This document shows positions 33,593 through 42,455 of a stretch of 53,370 nt of DNA, one piece after another. The stretch spans positions 1 to 53,370 of the forward strand of contig CALRHK010000001.1 of assembly GCA_943359475.1 (NCBI GenBank). Direction: 5' to 3'. The DNA comes from Candidatus Nomurabacteria bacterium. Its GTDB lineage: Bacteria > Patescibacteriota > Minisyncoccia > Phycocordibacterales > UBA9973. The translations under genes and the position numbers were made by a program. Each line of letters begins with the position of its first letter. Position 1 is the stretch's first letter. The notes beneath the pieces are model-generated. The model searched no databases. It saw nothing but the letters and a program-made list of their open reading frames with translations, and was not told the origin of the DNA.

Positions 33593-34703
33593 AGACGCAG
33601 GGGATATTTCAGGAAAAAAAATTTTAGTACGTGTTGATTTCAATGTACCAGTTGAAAATGGTGTAGTTGTTGATGCCTATCGAATTGAAAAAAGCCTCGA
33701 GACAATTTATTTTTTACGTGATTATGGCGCCAAGGTGATACTCGTGAGTCATCGTGGTGGGTCAGATGTACCTACACTTGCACCAGTGGCTGAATATCTA
33801 CAACAGTATTTTCCTGTTACGTTCGTACACGATGTTGCAGATGGAGAAGCTCGTCGAGCAGTCGATGCACTTTCGGGTGGGGATGTGGTACTCCTTGAAA
33901 ATCTCCGGCAACATCCTGGAGAAGAAAAGAATGATAGTACCTTTGCACAGTCGCTTGCGAGTTTTGCAGATATCTATGTAAATGAAGCATTTTCTGCGTC
34001 ACACCGTGAGCATGCATCAATTGTTGGTGTACCAAACTATTTGCCAAGCTATATGGGTTTTCAGTTTGCGTTGGAAGTAGTAACACTTTCAAAAGTACTC
34101 ACTCCAACCCACCCTTTTCTTTTTATTTTAGGTGGTGCAAAATTTGCTACGAAACTCCCACTTATCGCAAAGTATCTGGTGAGTGCTGATGCAGTATTTC
34201 TTGGTGGGGCAACAGTAAATAATTTTTATAAAGAACGCGGAACACCAATTGGAAAATCACTCTATGATCAAGGAGATTTTGGTATAAAAGAGATGCTTAT
34301 GAATCCAAAACTCATACTGCCAGAGACTGTTGTTGTAGAGAATAGAGAGGGGGCGCAAACCACGAAAAAAGTAAGCGAAATAAACACTGATGATGTGATT
34401 GTTGATATTGCACCAGAGGCACTTGATATCCTCTCGCAAAAAATTAAAGATGCATCGCTTATTGTATGGAATGGTCCGCTCGGGCGTACCGGAAATGAGC
34501 AAGGTTCAAAATACCTGATTGAACTTATGCGCTCTGCAAAGGGAACCACTATCATTGGTGGGGGTGATACTGCAACAGTACTCAACAGTGTATCAGGTGC
34601 CCCAGAATTCTCTTTTGTATCTACTGGTGGTGGTGCCACTCTCGACTTCTTGGCCCAGGGAACACTTCCTGGGATAGAAGCACTTAAAAAGGCTGTAAGA
34701 TAA
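33579..34703 (+). CDS. pgk: phosphoglycerate kinase
   Basis: KKILVRVDFNVP, SHRGG, AFSASHREHAS and GGGDTA motifs. It overlaps tpiA by 14 nt. Confidence 0.92.
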   Translation: MDSIKDAGDISGKKILVRVDFNVPVENGVVVDAYRIEKSLETIYFLRDYGAKVILVSHRGGSDVPTLAPVAEYLQQYFPVTFVHDVADGEARRAVDALSGGDVVLLENLRQHPGEEKNDSTFAQSLASFADIYVNEAFSASHREHASIVGVPNYLPSYMGFQFALEVVTLSKVLTPTHPFLFILGGAKFATKLPLIAKYLVSADAVFLGGATVNNFYKERGTPIGKSLYDQGDFGIKEMLMNPKLILPETVVVENREGAQTTKKVSEINTDDVIVDIAPEALDILSQKIKDASLIVWNGPLGRTGNEQGSKYLIELMRSAKGTTIIGGGDTATVLNSVSGAPEFSFVSTGGGATLDFLAQGTLPGIEALKKAVR

Positions 34704-34741
34704 GGCATATCTGGGCGTCATACTAGGGCAGGATAGGATAC

Positions 34742-34770
34742 TTGACATATCTCAAGTAGTATGCTATACT
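34742..34770 (+). promoter_or_regulatory. strong promoter (TTGACA-N17-TATACT, TG-extended)
   Basis: TTGACA at 34742-34747 and TGcTATACT ending at 34770. Confidence 0.6.
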
Positions 34771-34810
34771 GTGTATAGTTAGTACAAACCCCAAAAACTA
34801 AAGAAAACTT

Positions 34811-34945
34811 ATGAAAAAAGTAGTAACAGTTTCAATCGGTGCCATTGAAAAGGGCAAAGAGTCAGGCGATCTGTATGTGTTAGTTTATTTCCTCAGTGCA
34901 GTATTCGTCGTAATGTTACTGAACAGCTTCGGACTTATCCGATAA
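34811..34945 (+). CDS. hypothetical 44-aa tail-anchored membrane peptide
   Basis: My own ORF, below the track cutoff: MKKVVTVSIGAIEKGKESGDLYVLVYFLSAVFVVMLLNSFGLIR. It has a dedicated promoter upstream and a terminator downstream. Confidence 0.5.
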   Translation: MKKVVTVSIGAIEKGKESGDLYVLVYFLSAVFVVMLLNSFGLIR

Positions 34946-34965
34946 AAACAAAAAGTTAAACTTTT

Positions 34966-34992
34966 AAAAACCCCGTCACAAGCGGGGTTTTT
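34966..34992. terminator. bidirectional hairpin terminator
   Basis: aaaaaccccg-tcacaag-cggggttttt. Confidence 0.75.
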
Positions 34993-34993
34993 A

Positions 34994-35389
34994 TTATTTG
35001 AGTGAGTAGACAATTTGTTGTTTTGTTGCGTCCATTTCATTCTCGCTATATACATAGTGCGAATCAGTATGAGCAGGTTCAGAAAGCTTTTTAGGTATTA
35101 GGTGAATATGAAAGTGGGGAACATCTTTTCCAACAACAGAAACCATTACATAGTCAGCTCCAATGGCTTCTTTCTGTGCTGCCATAAGATGCTTTGCCTT
35201 TGTGAAGGAGTAAGCAACAAGTTCATCCGGTGTCTCCTGCATCCACTCATGGTGCGCTTTTGGTACCACAAGCGCATGACCCTTTGTTACAGGATGAATA
35301 TCGAGGAATGAAATAACCTGTGCGTCTTCATAGAGAATAGTTGCAGGAATTTCTTTTTGAATAATTTTACAAAAAATACAGTTTTCCAT
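34994..35389 (-). CDS. HIT-family (histidine triad) nucleotide hydrolase
   Basis: MENCIFCKIIQKEIPA...HPVTKGHALVVPK...VPHFHIHLIP contains the HxHxHxx triad. The start was trimmed to 35389. Confidence 0.9.
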   Translation of the reverse strand: MENCIFCKIIQKEIPATILYEDAQVISFLDIHPVTKGHALVVPKAHHEWMQETPDELVAYSFTKAKHLMAAQKEAIGADYVMVSVVGKDVPHFHIHLIPKKLSEPAHTDSHYVYSENEMDATKQQIVYSLK

Positions 35390-35424
35390 AGTGAAAGTAT
35401 ACCCCGTCCTCTTGTTCGCGCAAC

Positions 35425-37143
35425 ATGAAAAGGTGTCGTGGTACAATCTGTCCTATGCCGACCAATGCCCCACATGATTCACCACTGTTAGAAAAATATT
35501 CACAACTTCTCGCTAATCTTCTCTATAGTCGAGGTATTCGTACCCTTACTGAAGCAGAGCACTTTCTTGAACCCTCATATGAGCGTGACTTTAGTGATCC
35601 TTTCTTAATGCACGATATGGAGCGTGCGTGCGTGCGGATATATGAAGCAATAGAGGCACGCGAGAAGATCGTTGTGTATGGTGACTATGATTGTGATGGA
35701 ATTCCAGGGGCAGTGCTACTCAATGATTTTTTTAGGAAAATTAACTATACAGACTATACAATTTATATACCCGACCGTCACACCGAAGGCTATGGTCTTA
35801 ACAAAGAAGCAATTGATCGTTTTATAACAAGTGGTGTCACACTGCTTGTGACTGTTGATTTGGGAATCAGTAATGGTGAAGAGATTGCACAAGCTACCGC
35901 TTCTGGTATTGAGGTCATTGTTACAGATCACCACTTGCCACCAGAAGAGCTCCCACGCGCGTATGCACTCGTGAATCCAAAGTTGGTGATGAATGGTATG
36001 ACGTATCCCGATCCAATGCTCTGTGGCGCAGGTGTTGCGTTTAAACTCGTGCAGGGATTACTCAATAAGTATGGCGAGTATTGGGGTATCCAAAAAGGGT
36101 GGGAAAAATGGTTACTTGATATGGCGGGACTTGCAACGCTTTCTGATATGGTACCGCTCTGTAATGAAAACCGGGCTATCGCATATTTTGGGTTACGCGT
36201 GATCGCACGCAACAAGCGAATTGGACTTGCAGAACTACTACGTCGCCTTGGAATTAATCCACAGAATCTTACCGAAGACGATCTTACTTTTATGGTGACC
36301 CCGAGGATTAACGCAGCGTCACGAATGGACTCACCAATGCGGGCATTCCAGCTTTTGGCAACCGAAGAACCTGCGGAGGCAATCACACTTTCAGAACATC
36401 TTACGAAAATTAATGATGAACGAAAAACGCACGTTGCAACAATCATGAAAGAGGTACATAAGGTGCTCGAAAAAAGAGAACTACCTGAAATTGTAGTAAT
36501 TGGAAATAGTAACTGGCGAGTCGGTGTGCTCGGTATTGTGGCTTCAAAGATTGCAGAGGAGTATGAGAAACCAGCATTCGTGTGGGGAATGGAAGGAAGT
36601 GAAGTAATAAAAGGCTCGTGTCGTTCAAATGGTTCAATCAATGTAGTACGTCTTATGGAACACACGGCGACCCACTTACTCGACTATGGCGGGCATGAGC
36701 TTGCAGGAGGCTTTTCGGTCTCACACGAACATATTCACACACTTGAAAGTGCGCTTATCACCGCCTACCCGATGGCGCTTCGTCCTCTAGAAGATGCTAT
36801 ACACAAGTACACACCGCTGACGCTTAGTGAGGTTACTCTACGTACGTATAACGAGATAGCGCGCCTCGCACCGTTTGGACTCGGGAACGAAAAACCTGTT
36901 TTTATATTTGAGCTCGTTGAAATACGTTCTGTAAAATTATTTGGTAAAGAAAAAAATCACCTTGAGATTATTGTGGGTGATACGAGTAAAACAAAAATCA
37001 AAGCAATCGCTTTTTTTAGTGCAGAAGATTCGTTTAAGAAAAAGATTGTTATTGGTGAAAAAATAAATCTTTGTGCTACGATGGAACTCTCGTATTTTGC
37101 AGGACGTACCGAGCTTCGATTAAGAATTATTGATATACTTTAA
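35425..37143 (+). CDS. recJ: single-stranded-DNA-specific exonuclease RecJ
   Basis: DHH motifs VVYGDYDCDGIPG, TVDLGI and VTDHH, followed by the DHHA1 region. An alternative start at 35455 (MPTNAPHD) is preceded by TGgTACAAT. Confidence 0.88.
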   Translation: MKRCRGTICPMPTNAPHDSPLLEKYSQLLANLLYSRGIRTLTEAEHFLEPSYERDFSDPFLMHDMERACVRIYEAIEAREKIVVYGDYDCDGIPGAVLLNDFFRKINYTDYTIYIPDRHTEGYGLNKEAIDRFITSGVTLLVTVDLGISNGEEIAQATASGIEVIVTDHHLPPEELPRAYALVNPKLVMNGMTYPDPMLCGAGVAFKLVQGLLNKYGEYWGIQKGWEKWLLDMAGLATLSDMVPLCNENRAIAYFGLRVIARNKRIGLAELLRRLGINPQNLTEDDLTFMVTPRINAASRMDSPMRAFQLLATEEPAEAITLSEHLTKINDERKTHVATIMKEVHKVLEKRELPEIVVIGNSNWRVGVLGIVASKIAEEYEKPAFVWGMEGSEVIKGSCRSNGSINVVRLMEHTATHLLDYGGHELAGGFSVSHEHIHTLESALITAYPMALRPLEDAIHKYTPLTLSEVTLRTYNEIARLAPFGLGNEKPVFIFELVEIRSVKLFGKEKNHLEIIVGDTSKTKIKAIAFFSAEDSFKKKIVIGEKINLCATMELSYFAGRTELRLRIIDIL

Positions 37144-37145
37144 AT

Positions 37146-37907
37146 ATGACGAAAATAAAAAATAGCTACATTCTTTTTACTGATGGATCGTCCCGAGGGA
37201 ATCCTGGCCCGGGTGGTTATGGTGCAATAATCTATGATGTTACGGGCGAGCTTGTGATGGAGATTGGTGGTGCTGAAAAAGATACAACAAATAATCGTAT
37301 GGAACTGCGAGGGGTAATCGAAGCACTTCTCATGGTTCGTAAAATGAAAAAATCCAATTCTGCAATCGAGATCACGGTGCATACTGACTCAATGTATGTA
37401 ATAAACGGAATTACTAAATGGGTGAGTGGTTGGGAAAAAAATAATTGGATGACTGGGCAAAAAGAAGGGGTGCTCAATCAAGATTTGTGGCAGGTGCTGC
37501 TTGAACTTACACGTGAACTTGCACGAGACGGCTCGTTACAATGGGAAAAAGTTTCAGGACATCGTGGTGTGCCAGGTAATGAACGTGTTGACGCGATCGC
37601 GACTGCGTTTGCAGACAAAAAATCTATACTTCTTTTCTCTGGTACTGTCGTTGAGTACGAAACAATGATTGGAGGATCACTTATGGCAACTACCCCAACA
37701 AAACCCAAAAAAGTTGGTAAGAAAAAAAATATTGGTCCAGGGTATTCATACGTTTCGTTTGTAAATGGGAAAATCCATGTCGACAAGACGTGGGCTGCCT
37801 GTGAAAAAAGAGTCAAAGGCAAAAAAGGTGCACAGTACAAAAAAGCAATGAATGCACAAGAAGAAAAGGAATTGATTGCACTGTGGTCGCTCGCTTCACT
37901 CGCCTAG
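37146..37907 (+). CDS. rnhA: ribonuclease HI with a C-terminal hybrid-binding (Cauli_VI-like) domain
   Basis: RNase H core FTDGSSRGNPGPGGYG...NNRMELRG...HTDS...GHRGVPGNERVDA. The C-terminal segment YSYVSFVNGKIHVDKTWAACEKRVKGKKGAQYKKAMNAQEEKELI fits the RNase H1 HBD pattern. Confidence 0.85.
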   Translation: MTKIKNSYILFTDGSSRGNPGPGGYGAIIYDVTGELVMEIGGAEKDTTNNRMELRGVIEALLMVRKMKKSNSAIEITVHTDSMYVINGITKWVSGWEKNNWMTGQKEGVLNQDLWQVLLELTRELARDGSLQWEKVSGHRGVPGNERVDAIATAFADKKSILLFSGTVVEYETMIGGSLMATTPTKPKKVGKKKNIGPGYSYVSFVNGKIHVDKTWAACEKRVKGKKGAQYKKAMNAQEEKELIALWSLASLA

Positions 37908-37910
37908 CCC

Positions 37911-39407
37911 ATGAGACGCCATACCTTACAAAGTGTGGCCGGTGGATTTCTTGCAGGGGTTGCGTGTGCGTCAGTAATTTCACTCGGGGTTTATTTCCTC
38001 TCTGTGTGCAGTATTGTTGCAGTAATACTCTTGTGTCTCCATAGAATAAAAGCCCCTCGAACGCGTGGGGTTTTTATTTTGGCACTCTGGATACTCTGCT
38101 TTGGTGTTGGAGGATATCGCTTTGAAATCGCAAGACACTACAGGGGTGAGCAACTCTTATTGCAACAGGTGGGGGAGAAAGTACAATTGCGAGGAAGACT
38201 TGTAGACGAGGCAGATCAACGTGAATTTAATACTAAATATGTTGTGAAAATTGTGCAGAGTGGAGATCTCATGATTTCTCCTACAAAAATATTAGTAACT
38301 ACAAACGACATTTCTACACTTGTGTACGGGACAGAAGTCATTGTGAGCGGTGTGCTTACAAGCCCACAACCTTTTGTGACTGAGAATGGGAGAACGTTTG
38401 ATTACACCTCATACTTGCGCAAAGACGGTATATATTTTGAAGTGAAAAAAGCAGAGTTGCACACAATAAACCCCGCACAAGTGAGTGTACGAGGTATCTT
38501 ATTTTCAATAAAAAGAGAGGTACTCTCAATAATGAGAAAACAAATACCAGAACCCGAGAGTAGCTTACTGGCAGGACTTTTGGTTGGTGCAAAGCAATCG
38601 CTTGGCGAATCATTACGGCAAGATTTTATACGCACGGGGACGATTCACATCGTAGCCCTATCAGGTTATAACGTTACCATTGTCGCAGAAAGTATTATGC
38701 GCATGTTGGGGATGGTACTTGCGCGAACCACTTCAATATTTTTTGGTATTGGTGCAATTATTCTTTTTTCGATTATGACTGGTGCTGGTGCCACGGTAGT
38801 GCGTGCGTCGGTAATGGCAATACTTGCGCTTGTTGCGCGAGCAACGGGCCGTACGAATGATATTGGTAGGGCACTACTCATCACAGCATTTCTTATGGTG
38901 CTGTGGAATCCATGGACACTCGTATACGATGTTTCATTCCAGCTTTCATTTCTCGCAACATTAGGTTTAATCTATATTACTCCGAAGGTAACACCATGGT
39001 TTTATTGGTTGCCAACACGATTTGGATTACGTGAAATTGTATCAGCGACTGTTGCGACAAACATTTTTACACTTCCATTCATTCTCTACACAATGGGAAT
39101 ACTTTCTATTGTTGCGATTCCAGTAAATCTGCTCGTGCTACCACTTATCCCGCTCACAATGCTTGCTGGATTTTTGGTTGTAGTTCTTGGCGCAGTCTGG
39201 CATTACCTCGCACTCCCACTGAGTTATCTTGCATTTGGGCTTTTGTGGTATGAACTGGAAATTATTACTCGTTCTGCACAACTACCGTTTGCGGCGGTCA
39301 CTATTCCCGGGTTTTCATTCATACTACTAGTGCTACTCTATGGGCTACTGTACTGGTTTTTCTTTATTTACAAGGCCACAACAAGGTCTGTGGAGCTTGA
39401 CAAATAG
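37911..39407 (+). CDS. comEC: ComEC/Rec2 DNA-uptake channel protein (OB + competence domains, no MBL domain)
   Basis: It has N-terminal TM helices, an OB-like region, then a polytopic competence domain (GTIHIVALSGYNVTIV). It ends without a metallo-beta-lactamase domain. Confidence 0.82.
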   Translation: MRRHTLQSVAGGFLAGVACASVISLGVYFLSVCSIVAVILLCLHRIKAPRTRGVFILALWILCFGVGGYRFEIARHYRGEQLLLQQVGEKVQLRGRLVDEADQREFNTKYVVKIVQSGDLMISPTKILVTTNDISTLVYGTEVIVSGVLTSPQPFVTENGRTFDYTSYLRKDGIYFEVKKAELHTINPAQVSVRGILFSIKREVLSIMRKQIPEPESSLLAGLLVGAKQSLGESLRQDFIRTGTIHIVALSGYNVTIVAESIMRMLGMVLARTTSIFFGIGAIILFSIMTGAGATVVRASVMAILALVARATGRTNDIGRALLITAFLMVLWNPWTLVYDVSFQLSFLATLGLIYITPKVTPWFYWLPTRFGLREIVSATVATNIFTLPFILYTMGILSIVAIPVNLLVLPLIPLTMLAGFLVVVLGAVWHYLALPLSYLAFGLLWYELEIITRSAQLPFAAVTIPGFSFILLVLLYGLLYWFFFIYKATTRSVELDK

Positions 39408-39425
39408 ATTATTTTGTGATAGTAT
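39397..39425 (+). promoter_or_regulatory. promoter (TTGACA-N17-TAGTAT) overlapping the comEC stop
   Basis: TTGACA at 39397-39402 and TAGTAT at 39420-39425. Confidence 0.5.
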
Positions 39426-39447
39426 CTGAGCAGATAAAACCTAGGAC

Positions 39448-39786
39448 ATGCCACAAAAAATAAACTTAAAGATTGATGATGTAAATAACATCGTCAAATC
39501 GATTGACCCACAGCTATGGGTCGAAAAACTCCGGATCGAAAATCAGGAAAATGGGTTGCCGGTGGTCTACCTCACCTTTAACCAGCCAAAAGAAACTTGG
39601 ACTGATGAAATAGGGAAGAAGATTATTGGGCGACTACAGGTGCTCGTTGTAACTGCAAGTAAAGCATTCGGTATGGATACCGATGTGTTAACAAAAGACG
39701 CTATTTTGAACAAGCAACAACTAGTATTGTTTGTTCACTACGAAAAAGCAAAATCGCTCATCCGTGCAGTGATGGGTAAAAACTAA
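39448..39786 (+). CDS. hypothetical protein (112 aa)
   Basis: A clean ORF with a promoter and a terminator. No motif recognised. Confidence 0.55.
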   Translation: MPQKINLKIDDVNNIVKSIDPQLWVEKLRIENQENGLPVVYLTFNQPKETWTDEIGKKIIGRLQVLVVTASKAFGMDTDVLTKDAILNKQQLVLFVHYEKAKSLIRAVMGKN

Positions 39787-39805
39787 CGAAACACAGATAC
39801 TGCAC

Positions 39806-39841
39806 AAAAGCCTCACCATGTTACATGGTGAGGCTTTTTTA
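39806..39841. terminator. bidirectional hairpin terminator
   Basis: gcctcaccatg-tta-catggtgaggc, an 11-bp stem with A/T-runs. Confidence 0.8.
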
Positions 39842-39848
39842 CTTTAAT

Positions 39849-40445
39849 TTATTGTGCGTCAGTAAAGTTTTGAGCAATTACTTCCCAATTGAGATTTTCA
39901 AAAAATGCTTCGATATATTTTTTCTTCTCACTTGTTGGGTAATCGTATACATATGCGTGTTCCCACATATCAAGTGCGAGTATGGGTGCAAGTCCTGTCA
40001 GATGTCCAAGGTGTTGTTCGTCAACCCATTGCACCAAAAGTTGGCCACTCATTTTATCGTAGTAGAGCATTGCCCACCCAACACCACGTGTCATTGCTAG
40101 TGATTTAAATACAGCAAGGAAACTATCATAAGAGCCAAAATGTTTTTCGAGTGCCCCATAGAGAGTTGTATTATCTGCAAGGGCAACAGGTCCCCCCTCA
40201 AGACTTTTGAAATAGTATTCGTGATTACGCATCCCATCGAATTCAAATGCAAATCGTCTCTGTAATTCTGCCGTAAAATAGCTTACGAAAGGATCTTTTT
40301 CGGCCCACGCTTGATATTCTGGAATTTTCTTGAGGATTTCGTTTGTATTCGTAACGTAACCTTTATAGAGTTTTAAATGTTCTTCGATATTTTTTGCAGA
40401 GATTCCCTTAAGTTCAGGGAGTGTAAAGGTGAGTTGAGTAAACAT
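39849..40445 (-). CDS. Fe/Mn-family superoxide dismutase
   Basis: C-terminal DMWEHAYVYDY metal-ligand motif, NHEYYF, and an N-terminal helical hairpin. Confidence 0.85.
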   Translation of the reverse strand: MFTQLTFTLPELKGISAKNIEEHLKLYKGYVTNTNEILKKIPEYQAWAEKDPFVSYFTAELQRRFAFEFDGMRNHEYYFKSLEGGPVALADNTTLYGALEKHFGSYDSFLAVFKSLAMTRGVGWAMLYYDKMSGQLLVQWVDEQHLGHLTGLAPILALDMWEHAYVYDYPTSEKKKYIEAFFENLNWEVIAQNFTDAQ

Positions 40446-40569
40446 AGTATGTAAGCAATTATCCTAATATCCCTACAGTATATCCTATTGTGGGGTTATT
40501 TCACCACCGTGTGTTAACTCGCAAGGGTATATTTGTTACAATTAATAATTATTTACTAACCAGCATTGT

Positions 40570-40917
40570 ATGGAATCAAATCAAAACTCAGTTCCAAGCA
40601 TCTCACAAAGTATCTTCTGGATACTCGGTATAATTATTGCTTTTGTCGCAGGTTTACTTATCGCAAAGAGCATGCCCTTTCTTGGTAATCAAAAAGCGTC
40701 TTCAATCGACTCCCCAGCTGCCAAAGAAGCAGCGTTGTTGCAACAGGGTGTAGTAGTGTCTACAGGTGATGTTGTTAAAGTAAACTATGAATGTTCGTTT
40801 AACAACAAATATCTTCACGATATGACAATAAGTATTGGTAAGAGTGATACATATAATGAAATGTTTACCATGAGCGAAGGCGGTCTTGGCCCAGTGTCGT
40901 GTGTAATTAAAAAGTAA
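40570..40917 (+). CDS. hypothetical anchored/secreted 2-Cys protein
   Basis: TM helix IFWILGIIIAFVAGLLIA. The C-terminal domain YECSFNNKYLHD...GPVSCV is paralogous to the next gene. Confidence 0.6.
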   Translation: MESNQNSVPSISQSIFWILGIIIAFVAGLLIAKSMPFLGNQKASSIDSPAAKEAALLQQGVVVSTGDVVKVNYECSFNNKYLHDMTISIGKSDTYNEMFTMSEGGLGPVSCVIKK

Positions 40918-40928
40918 TTGAAATAACT

Positions 40929-41228
40929 ATGACTTATCTAAAAAAAATTGGCACACTCGCACTGCTTATGTTTGTCGCCGGATCAATTGGTTTTACTGTT
41001 TCAGCACAAGAAAAATTGAAAAACGGTAGACTTGGATATTTTAATTTTGAAACAAATACCGTAGAGCCAACAGACCAAGCAATTTACAGTTGTACTGATG
41101 GAAATTATTCATGGCACGAAACGTATGATTTTGGTGAAAACAATACAACAAATTATCACCAGTCGTTTGGTATTACTACCCAGTCAGGAACACACATTAC
41201 CTGTACTTTTGTTAGCTGGGTGGACTAG
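40929..41228 (+). CDS. hypothetical secreted 2-Cys protein (paralog of 40570-40917)
   Basis: Signal peptide LALLMFVAGSIGFTVSAQ, then YSCTDGNYSWHE...THITCT. Confidence 0.6.
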   Translation: MTYLKKIGTLALLMFVAGSIGFTVSAQEKLKNGRLGYFNFETNTVEPTDQAIYSCTDGNYSWHETYDFGENNTTNYHQSFGITTQSGTHITCTFVSWVD

Positions 41229-41231
41229 TAT

Positions 41232-41254
41232 AAAACCCGCATCGGCGGGTTTTA
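41232..41254 (+). terminator. rho-independent terminator
   Basis: aaacccgc-atcg-gcgggttt. Confidence 0.65.
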
Positions 41255-41257
41255 TGT

Positions 41258-42127
41258 ATGGAAACTACACATCAGCGAAAAATATGGATACTAGTAGTAG
41301 TACTGCTCTTTACAGCAGCGGTGCTTTCTGTGCGTGCATATTCACAAAATGAAACCACTGGTGTATTGCGTGTTATCGCTCTCAATATTGGTCAAGGCGA
41401 CTCCTTTTATATTGAAGCACCAAATGGACGACAAATGATAATTGACGGTGGTCCTGATCGAAGCATCATTCCAGAACTACAGAAAGTAATGCCGTTTGGT
41501 GATCGCTCGATCGATGTACTTGTTGTGACTAATCCAGATAAAGACCACTATGGCGGGTTCCTTAGTGTATTGGATTCATATGAGGTAGGAATGGTGCTTG
41601 AGTCAGGCACAATGTCAACCACCGCAACATACCAAGAACTTGAAAATAAAATTACGGAAAAAAAGATCCCCGACTTGGTTGCACGGAAAGGTATGCAGGT
41701 GACACTTGATCAAGCAAAAGACATCTATTTTGAAATTCTTTTTCCTGATCAGGACGTCACTACCTGGTCTTCAAATGATGGTTCGATAGTCGGGAAAATT
41801 GTCTACGGCGACACCTCATTTATGATGATGGGTGACGCCACTGCAAAAACAGAAGCACATATTCTCGCGACGACAGATCACGGAGTGATTAAAAGTACCG
41901 TGCTTAAGGCTGGTCACCACGGATCACGAACGAGTTCGAGTAGCGCATGGGTTGCAGCAGTATCTCCATATTACACACTTATATCGGCTGGGATACATAA
42001 TTCCTACGGTCACCCACACAAAGAGACACTCGCAACACTTGCTGAGTATCATTCGGAAGTACTTGGTACATATGTCCGTGGCACAATTGAAATGGTTACA
42101 GATGGCGTCAATGTTTGGTCCAAATAA
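41258..42127 (+). CDS. membrane-anchored metallo-beta-lactamase-fold protein, ComEC C-terminal-domain-like
   Basis: N-terminal TM helix, then IALNIGQGDSFYIE, TNPDKDHYGG, KAGHHGSRTSSS and YGHPH, the pattern of the ComEC nuclease (MBL) domain. Confidence 0.8.
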   Translation: METTHQRKIWILVVVLLFTAAVLSVRAYSQNETTGVLRVIALNIGQGDSFYIEAPNGRQMIIDGGPDRSIIPELQKVMPFGDRSIDVLVVTNPDKDHYGGFLSVLDSYEVGMVLESGTMSTTATYQELENKITEKKIPDLVARKGMQVTLDQAKDIYFEILFPDQDVTTWSSNDGSIVGKIVYGDTSFMMMGDATAKTEAHILATTDHGVIKSTVLKAGHHGSRTSSSSAWVAAVSPYYTLISAGIHNSYGHPHKETLATLAEYHSEVLGTYVRGTIEMVTDGVNVWSK

Positions 42128-42151
42128 AAAACCACCCGAGGGTGGTTTTTT
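42126..42151. terminator. bidirectional hairpin terminator
   Basis: aaaaaccacc-cgag-ggtggtttttt. Confidence 0.75.
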
Positions 42152-42395
42152 ATTTGATAACTCCGGCTTTTTTGAGAGTAGCGAATGCGCCGTTTTTTGT
42201 AAGGGTACGCATACCACCAGTCGAGATGCGAAGGGTGATAGACTTTTTGAGCTCAGGGATATAAACCTTCTTTTTCTGAAGATTTGGATATTTACGATTC
42301 ATTCCTGTAGGATTGAATTTCGTTGCACGAGTACGGTTTGAGTAACCGCCTCCCATACGTGAACCCTGTTTAGTTATCGGACATGTTTTTGCCAT
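42150..42395 (-). CDS. rpmB: 50S ribosomal protein L28
   Basis: MAKTCPITKQGSRMGGGYSNRTRATKFNPTGMNRKYPNLQKKKVYIPE. The start was trimmed to 42395. Confidence 0.88.
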   Translation of the reverse strand: MAKTCPITKQGSRMGGGYSNRTRATKFNPTGMNRKYPNLQKKKVYIPELKKSITLRISTGGMRTLTKNGAFATLKKAGVIK

Positions 42396-42455
42396 AAAAA
42401 AATTTAAAAATGAGTGCTCGTATGTTATCATACGAACGTAAAACCCGCAAGGCCT

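Noticed and set aside
34268-36665. Long antisense ORFs inside pgk (34268-34708) and recJ (35928-36665)
   Set aside because: The opposite strand encodes well-conserved enzymes. The antisense translations are Ser/Pro/Ile-rich with no motifs.
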